A stretch of DNA of 64,000 nucleotides, from positions 27,350 to 91,349 of the forward strand of contig JAQWJZ010000003.1 of the NCBI GenBank assembly GCA_029248105.1, in the 5' to 3' direction. Under the pieces are notes generated by a model, which was not told the DNA's origin, searched no databases, and worked only from the letters and a program-made list of their open reading frames with translations. Each line of letters starts with the position of its first letter. Positions within the stretch are counted from its first letter, which is position 1. A program made the translations under genes and the position numbers. Positions 47,261 through 54,882 of this stretch are shown here, in pieces. Origin of the DNA: Flavobacteriales bacterium (lineage in GTDB: Bacteria > Bacteroidota > Bacteroidia > Flavobacteriales > UBA7312).

Positions 47261-48400
47261 ATGGATTTTAATTACAATGAAAATCAAAAGCTAATCTCAG
47301 AAATGATTCGTTCATTTTCAGAAAAGGAAATTGTGCCATTTATGAAAGATTGGGATGACAATCAGACTTTCCCTGTTGCCGTATTTAAGAAATTGGGCGA
47401 GTTGGGTTTGATGGGCGTTTTAGTGCCTCAAGAGTATGGCGGTTCAGGTTTCGGTTATGCAGAATACGTTACAGCTATTGAAGAATTAGCAAAAGTAGAC
47501 CCTTCAATAGGTTTGTCTATGGCGGCTCACAACTCTTTGTGCACAGGTCATATTATGCAATTCGGTAATGAACTACAAAAGAAAAAGTACTTGCCTAAAT
47601 TAGCAACAGCTGAATGGATAGGAGCCTGGGGCTTAACAGAGCACAATACTGGCTCGGACTCTGGTGGTATGTCCACAACAGCCGTCAAGGATGGTGATGA
47701 GTGGGTGTTGAATGGTGCTAAGAACTTTATCACTCACGCTATAAGCGGTGATGTTGCAGTAGTGATTGTAAGAACTGGTGAAAAAGGTGACTCTAAAGGC
47801 ATGTCAGCTTTTATTGTTGAGAAAGGAACACAGGGCTTTAGTTCAGGTAAAAAAGAAGATAAACTCGGTATGAGAGCGTCTGAAACTGCAGAGTTAGTTT
47901 TTGACAATTGTAGAATATCAAACGATAATCTTCTTGGAAATATAGGTGAAGGGTTTATTCAAGCTATGAAAGTCCTTGATGGTGGAAGAATTTCAATTGC
48001 AGCCTTATCATTAGGTATTGCCAAAGGCGCATACCAAGCGGCATTAAAATACTCTAAGGAAAGAGTTCAATTCGGCAAGCCAATAGCTCATCATCAAGCC
48101 ATAGCTTTTAAATTAGCTGATATGGCTACAACCATTGAAGCTTCAGAGTTGTTGATATACAAGGCAGTTGATAAGAAAAACACAAACCAAAAAGTCACAT
48201 TAGACGGAGCCATGGCAAAGTATTATTCTTCTGAGGTTGCGGTACAAGTTTCAACGGATGCTGTTCAAGTTTTAGGCGGGTATGGATATACTAAAGACTT
48301 TCCTGTTGAACGATTTTACCGAGACTCCAAGTTATGTACAATCGGAGAAGGCACCTCAGAAATTCAAAAAATAGTTATCGCTAAGCAAATTTTAAGTTAA
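47261..48400 (+). CDS. Acyl-CoA dehydrogenase
   Basis: 379 aa. GLTEHNTGSD and a C-terminal catalytic region IGEGTSEIQ. Confidence 0.9.
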   Translation: MDFNYNENQKLISEMIRSFSEKEIVPFMKDWDDNQTFPVAVFKKLGELGLMGVLVPQEYGGSGFGYAEYVTAIEELAKVDPSIGLSMAAHNSLCTGHIMQFGNELQKKKYLPKLATAEWIGAWGLTEHNTGSDSGGMSTTAVKDGDEWVLNGAKNFITHAISGDVAVVIVRTGEKGDSKGMSAFIVEKGTQGFSSGKKEDKLGMRASETAELVFDNCRISNDNLLGNIGEGFIQAMKVLDGGRISIAALSLGIAKGAYQAALKYSKERVQFGKPIAHHQAIAFKLADMATTIEASELLIYKAVDKKNTNQKVTLDGAMAKYYSSEVAVQVSTDAVQVLGGYGYTKDFPVERFYRDSKLCTIGEGTSEIQKIVIAKQILS

Positions 48401-48426
48401 GCAGTTGTATGTGAAGTAGATATTTG

Positions 48427-48434
48427 TATATTTG
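48427..48434 (+). promoter_or_regulatory. Bacteroidetes-type promoter for rpsU: TTG (48405-48407), 19-nt spacer, TATATTTG
   Basis: Consensus -33/-7 arrangement, 21 nt upstream of ATG 48456. The track's TTG start (48432) lies inside the -7 box. Confidence 0.5.
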
Positions 48435-48455
48435 CAGCCCAATAAAAAACAGAAG

Positions 48456-48647
48456 ATGATTATTATTCCAGTAAAAGACGGAGAATCTATTGATAGAGCA
48501 CTTAAGAAATTTAAGAAAAAATTCAATATGACAGGTACGATGAAGCAATTAAGAGCTCGTCGTGAATTCACTAAAAAGTCAGTTGAATTGCGTAATCAAA
48601 AGATTAAAGCCGCTTACAAAGAGACTTTACAGAGAGAAGAAGACTAA
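48456..48647 (+). CDS. rpsU: 30S ribosomal protein S21
   Basis: 63 aa from ATG 48456: MIIIPVKDGESIDRALKKFKKKF... Confidence 0.92.
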   Translation: MIIIPVKDGESIDRALKKFKKKFNMTGTMKQLRARREFTKKSVELRNQKIKAAYKETLQREED

Positions 48648-48668
48648 ACGTCTTTGCTCCATTTATTT

Positions 48669-48732
48669 GAGACATCATTTGAATTTTTGATACTATTTTA
48701 GTATATTCGTTCAAACCGTTGTCTCTTTTTTT
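48669..48732 (+). terminator. Long nested hairpin plus T7, terminator/attenuator after rpsU
   Basis: Three nested arm pairs: GAGACA/TGTCTC, TTTGAA/TTCAAA, ATACTA/TAGTAT. T7 (48726-48732) follows and abuts the next ATG. Confidence 0.6.
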
Positions 48733-49614
48733 ATGCCTTTGATTCAAAACTATCTTGATTACTTACTTTTGGAGAAACGCTACTCCTCACATACGGTAAA
48801 AGCATACCGTACCGATCTCAAATTATTTCAATCATACTTAAAAGAGATTTACACTATTTCTATTGATAAAACTAATCATGCAATGATAAGAAGCTGGTTG
48901 GTAGAAGAGTTAAATAATGGAAATTCAGCTCGAACCGTAAATCGAAAAATTACGAGTTTAAAATCATTTTTTAAATATTTAGTGAAAGAAGAAGTCATAA
49001 AAGATAATCCAACACTTAAGATATCTTCTTCAAAAACTTCTAAAAAATTGCCTCAATTTGTTGGATTAGATGACATGAACAAGTTGTTAGATAAGCTGAA
49101 CTTTAATAATGAGTATTCAGGTAAAAGAGATAAGTTAATTATTGAAATATTTTATTCAACAGGCATAAGGTTATCAGAACTCATCAATATTAAATTAAAA
49201 GATGTTGATACTATAAAAAGCCAAGTTAAAGTGCTTGGAAAGCGCAATAAAGAACGTATTATTCCGTTAACCAAAGAGTTGAAAAAGTCTATCGATAATT
49301 ATATGGGTTTAAGAATGAACGAAAAAGCAATTGACCGTTCTTATTTATTACTTACAGATTCAGGAAAGAAACTTAATCCAAGTATGGTATACCGAAAAGT
49401 AAATGATTTACTAAAGGGTGTAACTACAATTGATAAAAAAAGTCCTCACATACTTAGACACACCTTTGCTACACATATGCTCAACAATGGAGCAGACCTT
49501 AATGTCATAAAGGAATTGTTAGGCCATGCAAGTTTATCCGCTACCGAAGTCTATACTCATAATTCGATAGGTAAACTAAAACAAATATTTAATAACGCTC
49601 ATCCAAGAGCATAA
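48733..49614 (+). CDS. Tyrosine recombinase, XerC/XerD family
   Basis: 293 aa. N-terminal SAM-like domain (FLDYLLLEKRYSSHTVKAYRTDL), catalytic HILRHTFATHML and LGHASLSATEVYTH. Sits in an rpsU...hpf context. Confidence 0.85.
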   Translation: MPLIQNYLDYLLLEKRYSSHTVKAYRTDLKLFQSYLKEIYTISIDKTNHAMIRSWLVEELNNGNSARTVNRKITSLKSFFKYLVKEEVIKDNPTLKISSSKTSKKLPQFVGLDDMNKLLDKLNFNNEYSGKRDKLIIEIFYSTGIRLSELINIKLKDVDTIKSQVKVLGKRNKERIIPLTKELKKSIDNYMGLRMNEKAIDRSYLLLTDSGKKLNPSMVYRKVNDLLKGVTTIDKKSPHILRHTFATHMLNNGADLNVIKELLGHASLSATEVYTHNSIGKLKQIFNNAHPRA

Positions 49615-49625
49615 AAAATCACATT

Positions 49626-49925
49626 ATGCAAATCACTATTCATTCAGTACGTTTCGACGCAGACCAAAAATTATTAGATTTTACAACTAAGAAAATTGAA
49701 AAATTATTGCAATTTGATGATGAGTTAATATCGTCGGATGTTTTTCTTAGAATAGAAAATGCCTCAGACAAGTCAAATAAACTAGTGGAAGTCAAAGTCA
49801 ATACTGGTTTTAGTGAGTTGTTTGCAAGTAAAAAATGCGAGTCTTTTGAAGAGGCTGTTGATCTTGTCCAAGAAATTTTGGTAAGACAAGTCAAGAAAAA
49901 CAAGCATAAAAAGCGCTTAGTTTAG
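49626..49925 (+). CDS. hpf: Ribosome hibernation factor (HPF/RaiA, short form)
   Basis: 99 aa. S30AE-family pattern (MQITIHSVRFDADQKLLDF...KVNT...). Confidence 0.8.
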   Translation: MQITIHSVRFDADQKLLDFTTKKIEKLLQFDDELISSDVFLRIENASDKSNKLVEVKVNTGFSELFASKKCESFEEAVDLVQEILVRQVKKNKHKKRLV

Positions 49926-49998
49926 CCTTATTTTCCCCTTAAAATAGATATCATAAAAAAAAACAGTATTTGTTATTTGTGTGAAACAAAAACTTTAA

Positions 49999-50006
49999 TA
50001 CATTTG
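49999..50006 (+). promoter_or_regulatory. Bacteroidetes-type promoter for the tRNA cluster: TTG (49977-49979), 19-nt spacer, TACATTTG
   Basis: Consensus -33/-7 arrangement, 44 nt upstream of tRNA-Thr. Confidence 0.4.
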
Positions 50007-50050
50007 CAAACCCTTTTTCAAGAGGGGCTGTTTTTTTATTTATTGAAATT

Positions 50051-50124
50051 GCCGCTATAGCTCAGTTGGCTAGAGCAGCTGATTTGTAATCAGCAGGTCG
50101 TGGGTTCGAGTCCCTCTAGCGGCT
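50051..50124 (+). tRNA. tRNA-Thr (anticodon TGT)
   Basis: Acceptor GCCGCTA/TAGCGGC, anticodon loop TTTGTAA, T-arm GGTTCGAGTCC. Confidence 0.95.
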
Positions 50125-50153
50125 CAGTTCTTAGTTTAAGAGCTAATTGTTAT

Positions 50154-50235
50154 GGGGAGATACTCAAGCGGTCAACGAGGACAGACTGTAAATCTGTTGG
50201 CTTCGCCTTCGTAGGTTCGAATCCTGCTCTCCCCA
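50154..50235 (+). tRNA. tRNA-Tyr (anticodon GTA)
   Basis: Acceptor GGGGAGA/TCTCCCC, anticodon loop CTGTAAA, long variable arm, T-arm GGTTCGAATCC. Confidence 0.95.
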
Positions 50236-50248
50236 CATTAACAAATTT

Positions 50249-50322
50249 GCGGGAGTAGCTCAGCTGGCCAGAGCATCAGCCTTCCAAGCTGAGGGTCGCG
50301 GGTTCGAATCCCGTCTCCCGCT
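50249..50322 (+). tRNA. tRNA-Gly (anticodon TCC)
   Basis: Acceptor GCGGGAG/CTCCCGC, anticodon loop CTTCCAA, T-arm GGTTCGAATCC. Confidence 0.95.
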
Positions 50323-50332
50323 CTTAACCTAA

Positions 50333-50404
50333 GCCGATGTAGCTCAGGGGTAGAGCGTTTCCTTGGTAAGGAAGAGGTCACGGGTTCAATTCCCGTCATT
50401 GGCT
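50333..50404 (+). tRNA. tRNA-Thr (anticodon GGT)
   Basis: Acceptor GCCGATG/CATTGGC (one G-T wobble), anticodon loop TTGGTAA, T-arm GGTTCAATTCC. Confidence 0.93.
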
Positions 50405-50472
50405 CAATAGAAATAAAAAAACAGCCTTTCTTTATAGGAGGACTAACTTTAATTAATTAAAAATAGCTAGCT

Positions 50473-51660
50473 ATGGCAAAAGAGAATTTTAATCGTACCA
50501 AACCACACTTAAACATTGGTACAATCGGTCATGTTGACCACGGTAAAACTACCTTGACTGCCGCTATTACTAAGGTATTGGCGGACGCTGGATTGTGTGA
50601 AGCTCAAGCGTTTGACTCTATCGATAACGCTCCAGAAGAAAAAGAAAGAGGTATAACTATTAACACTGCTCACGTAGAGTATGAAACTGCTAATCGTCAT
50701 TACGCTCACGTTGACTGTCCAGGTCACGCCGATTACGTAAAAAACATGGTTACTGGTGCTGCTCAGATGGATGGTGCAATCTTAGTTTGTGCGGCCACTG
50801 ATGGTCCAATGCCTCAAACGAGAGAGCATATCTTATTAGCTCGTCAGGTAGGTGTTCCTGCTGTCGTTGTATTCCTTAATAAAGTGGATATGGTTGACGA
50901 TGAGGAACTTTTAGAATTAGTAGAGATGGAAGTGAGAGAATTACTTTCTTTCTATGAGTATGATGGTGACAATGCTCCAGTTGTTGCAGGTTCTGCTTTG
51001 GGTGCACTTAACGGTGAAGCTCAGTGGGTTGATTCTGTAATGAAATTAATGGAAGCTGTTGACGCTCACATTCCAGAGCCAGTTCGTGATAATGCTAAAG
51101 ACTTCTTGATGCCTATCGAGGATGTATTTACTATTACTGGACGTGGTACTGTTGCTACAGGTCGTATCGAAACAGGTGTTGCAAACACAGGTGATTCGGT
51201 TGATATCATCGGTATGGGTGCTGAGAAATTAGGATCTACAGTAACTGGTGTTGAGATGTTCCGTAAAATCTTAGATAGAGGTGAAGCGGGTGACAACGTA
51301 GGTATCTTACTTCGTGGTATTGAGAAATCTGATATCAAAAGAGGTATGGTAATCTGCAAACCAGGTTCTGTAACACCTCACACTAAATTTAAGGCTGAGG
51401 TTTATATCTTGAAAAAAGAAGAAGGTGGTCGTCATACACCATTCCATAACAAGTACCGTCCACAGTTCTATTTAAGAACGACTGACGTAACTGGAGAAAT
51501 TCAGTTGCCAGAAGGTACTGAAATGGTAATGCCAGGTGACAACCTAACAATTACAGTTGAATTAATCAATAAAGTAGCGATGAGCCAAGGTCTTCGTTTT
51601 GCAATCCGTGAGGGTGGTAGAACTGTAGGTGCTGGTCAGATTACTGAGATTATCAGCTAG
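50473..51660 (+). CDS. tuf: Elongation factor Tu
   Basis: 395 aa. [22 protein letters not shown]-motifs. Ends with TAG at the conserved C-terminus. Confidence 0.99.
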   Translation: MAKENFNRTKPHLNIGTIGHVDHGKTTLTAAITKVLADAGLCEAQAFDSIDNAPEEKERGITINTAHVEYETANRHYAHVDCPGHADYVKNMVTGAAQMDGAILVCAATDGPMPQTREHILLARQVGVPAVVVFLNKVDMVDDEELLELVEMEVRELLSFYEYDGDNAPVVAGSALGALNGEAQWVDSVMKLMEAVDAHIPEPVRDNAKDFLMPIEDVFTITGRGTVATGRIETGVANTGDSVDIIGMGAEKLGSTVTGVEMFRKILDRGEAGDNVGILLRGIEKSDIKRGMVICKPGSVTPHTKFKAEVYILKKEEGGRHTPFHNKYRPQFYLRTTDVTGEIQLPEGTEMVMPGDNLTITVELINKVAMSQGLRFAIREGGRTVGAGQITEIIS

Positions 51661-51687
51661 TAATAATTTTTACTAACAGCATTCAAG

Positions 51688-51712
51688 GGAAAGGTCTAAA
51701 TTAGACCTTTCC
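51688..51712 (+). terminator. Hairpin after tuf (terminator/processing structure)
   Basis: Perfect 11-bp stem GGAAAGGTCTA aat TAGACCTTTCC, nested in an outer AACAGCA/TGCTGTT pairing. Only a short T-run follows, before tRNA-Trp. Confidence 0.5.
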
Positions 51713-51724
51713 TATTGCTGTTTT

Positions 51725-51797
51725 ACGGGTGTAGCTCAATTGGTAGAGTAGTGGTCTCCAAAACCATTGGTTGGGAGTTCGAGTCTCTCCACCCGTG
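51725..51797 (+). tRNA. tRNA-Trp (anticodon CCA)
   Basis: Acceptor ACGGGTG/CACCCGT, anticodon loop CTCCAAA, T-arm GGTTCGAGTCT... wait-free reading: T-arm segment GAGTTCGAGTCTC. Confidence 0.93.
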
Positions 51798-51815
51798 CAA
51801 TAAATATTAAATGAA

Positions 51816-52007
51816 ATGGCAAAATTTGTCGAATACATAAAAGAATCAGCTGACGACTTAATGAATAAAGTCTCTTGGCCTACATGGAAAGAGCTACAAA
51901 GTAGCTCAATTGTAGTTGCAATTGCTTCATTAATCATTGCACTAATAGTTTATGTTATGGATTTAAGTTTCCGTAATATTCTAGAAGTGTTATATGACTT
52001 ATTTTAA
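51816..52007 (+). CDS. secE: Preprotein translocase subunit SecE
   Basis: 63 aa. Single C-terminal TM helix, conserved KVSWPT motif. Position between tRNA-Trp and nusG. Confidence 0.9.
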   Translation: MAKFVEYIKESADDLMNKVSWPTWKELQSSSIVVAIASLIIALIVYVMDLSFRNILEVLYDLF

Positions 52008-52015
52008 AAATTGAC

Positions 52016-52558
52016 ATGGCAGATAAACACTGGTACGTAGTAAGAGCAATAGGCGGACAAGAAAAAAAAGTTTGCACATATATTGAAAACGAAATCTCAA
52101 GATTAAATCTCTCTGATTTTGTTTCTCAAATTCTTGTGCCTACTGAAAAAGTTTTTCAAATAAGAAATGGTAAAAAAGTCAGTAAAGAAAGAAATTTCTT
52201 TCCTGGATATATTCTTGTTGAAGCCAATCTTGTCGGTGAAGTTCCTCACATCATCAAATCTGTACCTGGTGTCATAGGTTTTCTTGGTGCTACCAAAGGC
52301 GGTGAGCCTGTACCAATGAGAACATCTGAAGTGAATAGAATACTTGGTAAAGTTGATGAGTTGGCTATCACTGACGAAGAAATAGTGATACCTTACGTAG
52401 TGGGTGAGTCAGTGAAAGTAATTGACGGACCATTTAACTCTTTCAGTGGTTTCATTGAAGAGATAGATGAACAAAAGAAAAAATTAAAAGTTACAGTAAA
52501 AATATTTGGTCGTAAAACTCCTGTTGAATTGAGTTTTATGCAAGTTGAAAAAGAATAA
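52016..52558 (+). CDS. nusG: Transcription termination/antitermination factor NusG
   Basis: 180 aa. WYVVRAIGGQEKKV NGN domain and a C-terminal KOW (GESVKVIDGPF). Confidence 0.97.
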   Translation: MADKHWYVVRAIGGQEKKVCTYIENEISRLNLSDFVSQILVPTEKVFQIRNGKKVSKERNFFPGYILVEANLVGEVPHIIKSVPGVIGFLGATKGGEPVPMRTSEVNRILGKVDELAITDEEIVIPYVVGESVKVIDGPFNSFSGFIEEIDEQKKKLKVTVKIFGRKTPVELSFMQVEKE

Positions 52559-52641
52559 ATATTTAAACAACCGATTTTATTTTGTTGAAACATTAATGCT
52601 TCCAACTTTCAATAGAATAATATCTTAAACAAACTTAAGTA

Positions 52642-53088
52642 ATGGCTAAAGAAGTAAGTAAAATAGTAAAATTACAGGTTAGAGGGGGCGCAGCTAATCC
52701 TTCACCACCAGTAGGTCCTGCACTAGGTGCCGCTGGGGTAAACATCATGGAGTTCTGTAAGCAGTTTAATGCTAGAACTCAAGAAAAGCAAGGGAAAATT
52801 GTTCCTGTTGTTATCACTGTTTTTGCTGACAAATCTTTTGAATTTGTTATCAAAACTGCACCGGCAGCAGTACAATTGTTGGAAGCATCTAAAAAGAAAA
52901 AAGGTTCTGGTGAACCTAATAGAACTAAAGTAGGTTCTGTAAGCTGGGATCAAATCAAAACCATAGCTGAGGATAAAATGGCAGATTTAAATGCCTTTTC
53001 AGTAGATTCAGCTATGATGATGATAGCTGGTACAGCAAGAAGTATGGGTTTAACAGTTAAAGGTGGTACTGCACCACAAAAAAAATAA
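52642..53088 (+). CDS. rplK: 50S ribosomal protein L11
   Basis: 148 aa. [20 protein letters not shown]. Confidence 0.98.
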   Translation: MAKEVSKIVKLQVRGGAANPSPPVGPALGAAGVNIMEFCKQFNARTQEKQGKIVPVVITVFADKSFEFVIKTAPAAVQLLEASKKKKGSGEPNRTKVGSVSWDQIKTIAEDKMADLNAFSVDSAMMMIAGTARSMGLTVKGGTAPQKK

Positions 53089-53092
53089 GGAT

Positions 53093-53782
53093 ATGGCTAG
53101 AGTTAGTAAAAATACGAAAGAAGCTTCAGCTCTTATAGATAAGGCTACTGCTTACACTCTTACTGATGCAGCTGGTTTAATGAAATCTATTTCTAAAACT
53201 AAGTTTGATGCATCTGTAGATATCGCTGTAAAATTGGGTGTTGACCCTAAACAAGCTAATCAGATGGTCAGAGGTGTTGTTACACTTCCACATGGTACAG
53301 GAAAAGATGTAAAAGTCTTAGCTCTGGTATCTGCTGACAAAGAAGCTGAAGCTAAAGAAGCTGGCGCTGATTTTGTTGGTCTTGAAGATTACATTGAAAA
53401 ATTAAAAGGTGGTTGGACTGATGTCGACGTTATTATAACAATGCCTTCGGTAATGGGTAAATTGGGTGCTCTAGGTCGTGTTTTAGGACCAAGAGGTTTA
53501 ATGCCTAACCCTAAGACTGGAACTGTTACTATGGAAATAGGCAAAGCGGTTTCTGATGTTAAAAAAGGTAAAATCGATTTCAAAGTTGATAAATTTGGTA
53601 TCATCCACTGTGCAATTGGTAAAGCCTCATTCGATTCGTCAAAATTAGTTGACAACGCTAATGAGTTATTACAAACTATTTTGAAACTTAAACCATCGTC
53701 CTCAAAAGGCACATACATGCAAAGCGTATACATGTCATCGACGATGAGCCCAAGTATTCGAATTGATGAAAAATCTATCTAA
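53093..53782 (+). CDS. rplA: 50S ribosomal protein L1
   Basis: 229 aa from ATG 53093 (the track start at 53063 overlaps rplK). Motifs [28 protein letters not shown]. Confidence 0.97.
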   Translation: MARVSKNTKEASALIDKATAYTLTDAAGLMKSISKTKFDASVDIAVKLGVDPKQANQMVRGVVTLPHGTGKDVKVLALVSADKEAEAKEAGADFVGLEDYIEKLKGGWTDVDVIITMPSVMGKLGALGRVLGPRGLMPNPKTGTVTMEIGKAVSDVKKGKIDFKVDKFGIIHCAIGKASFDSSKLVDNANELLQTILKLKPSSSKGTYMQSVYMSSTMSPSIRIDEKSI

Positions 53783-53796
53783 ATCAGTTATTAGTT

Positions 53797-54318
53797 ATGA
53801 CAAGAGAAGAAAAAAATAAAGCAATTGATGAGCTAAGTGCTCAACTAGTCGAAAATAAAAACTTTTATCTTACTGATATTGCTGGTTTAAATGCTGCAAG
53901 TAACAGTGACTTAAGACGTTTATGCTACAAGAGTGATGTCCAAATCCAAGTGATTAAAAACACATTACTTAGAAAAGCAATGGAGAAAAATGACATTGAT
54001 TTTGCTCAAATGTATGATTCTTTAAAAGGAAATACAGCAATTATGTTTGCAGAGTCAACAAACGCTCCAGCAAAAATTATTAAAGAATTCAGAAAGAAAC
54101 AAGATAAGCCGCTTTTAAAATCGGCATTTATTGAAGAAAGCTTCTATTTCGGAGACGATCAAGTTGAGGTATTATGCTCACTTAAATCGAAAGACGAATT
54201 GATTGGAGAAATTATTACTCTACTACAATCGCCACCGAAAACGGTTATTTCTTCACTGCAATCAGCAGGTGGAAAACTTTCTGGAATTTTAAAAACTTTA
54301 TCTGAGAGATCAGAATAA
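53797..54318 (+). CDS. rplJ: 50S ribosomal protein L10
   Basis: 173 aa. Position in the rplKAJL block and L10-like N-terminus (MTREEKNKAIDELSAQL). Confidence 0.95.
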   Translation: MTREEKNKAIDELSAQLVENKNFYLTDIAGLNAASNSDLRRLCYKSDVQIQVIKNTLLRKAMEKNDIDFAQMYDSLKGNTAIMFAESTNAPAKIIKEFRKKQDKPLLKSAFIEESFYFGDDQVEVLCSLKSKDELIGEIITLLQSPPKTVISSLQSAGGKLSGILKTLSERSE

Positions 54319-54398
54319 TAATCTTAGTGATTACGCACCACTAATTTTTTAATGCTTCCACATTAAATAAAATGTATAACAATTAAACTAAATTAAAC

Positions 54399-54776
54399 AT
54401 GGCAGATTTAAAAGCTTTCGCAGAACAGTTAGTAAACTTGACTGTAAAAGAAGTAAGTGAATTAGCTGATATCTTAAAAGACGAGTATGGAATAGAGCCT
54501 GCAGCTGCTGCTGTAGCTGTTGCTGGACCTGCTGCTGGAGGTGGCGGAGACGCTGCTGAAGAGAAATCAGAATTCGATGTAATCTTAAAAGCCGCTGGAG
54601 GATCTAAGTTAGCTGTTGTAAAACTTGTAAAAGAGTTGACAGGTCTTGGTCTTAAAGAAGCTAAAGATATTGTAGACGGTGCACCAGCTCCAATTAAAGA
54701 AGGTGTATCTAAAGACGAAGCTGAAGCATTAAAAACCCAACTAGAGGGTGCTGGTGCTGAAGTGGAACTTAAATAA
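54399..54776 (+). CDS. rplL: 50S ribosomal protein L7/L12
   Basis: 125 aa. Ala/Gly hinge and C-terminal [22 protein letters not shown]. Confidence 0.98.
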   Translation: MADLKAFAEQLVNLTVKEVSELADILKDEYGIEPAAAAVAVAGPAAGGGGDAAEEKSEFDVILKAAGGSKLAVVKLVKELTGLGLKEAKDIVDGAPAPIKEGVSKDEAEALKTQLEGAGAEVELK

Positions 54777-54797
54777 GTTTACATTACCATCCTTAAT

Positions 54798-54845
54798 GGT
54801 TTAGGCTTTAAACACCCGTTTAAAGCTTAAACCCTTTTGTGTTTA
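54798..54845 (+). terminator. rplL-rpoB intergenic hairpin (attenuator candidate)
   Basis: 16-bp stem (54798-54813 / 54818-54833, one G-T wobble), 4-nt loop ACCC, followed by CTTTTGTGTTT. Confidence 0.6.
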
Positions 54846-54882
54846 CAAACGATTTATTTTTTTAACAAAAACATATACCAAG

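Noticed and set aside
48733-49614. Tyrosine recombinase as a marker of an integrated mobile element next to the tRNA cluster
   Set aside because: It has a XerC/XerD-like domain layout and sits in the rpsU - xer - hpf - tRNA - tuf housekeeping arrangement. There are no flanking direct repeats, no duplicated tRNA 3' end and no cargo genes.
51701-51937. 78-aa minus-strand ORF
   Set aside because: It overlaps tRNA-Trp and secE on the opposite strand and is spurious.
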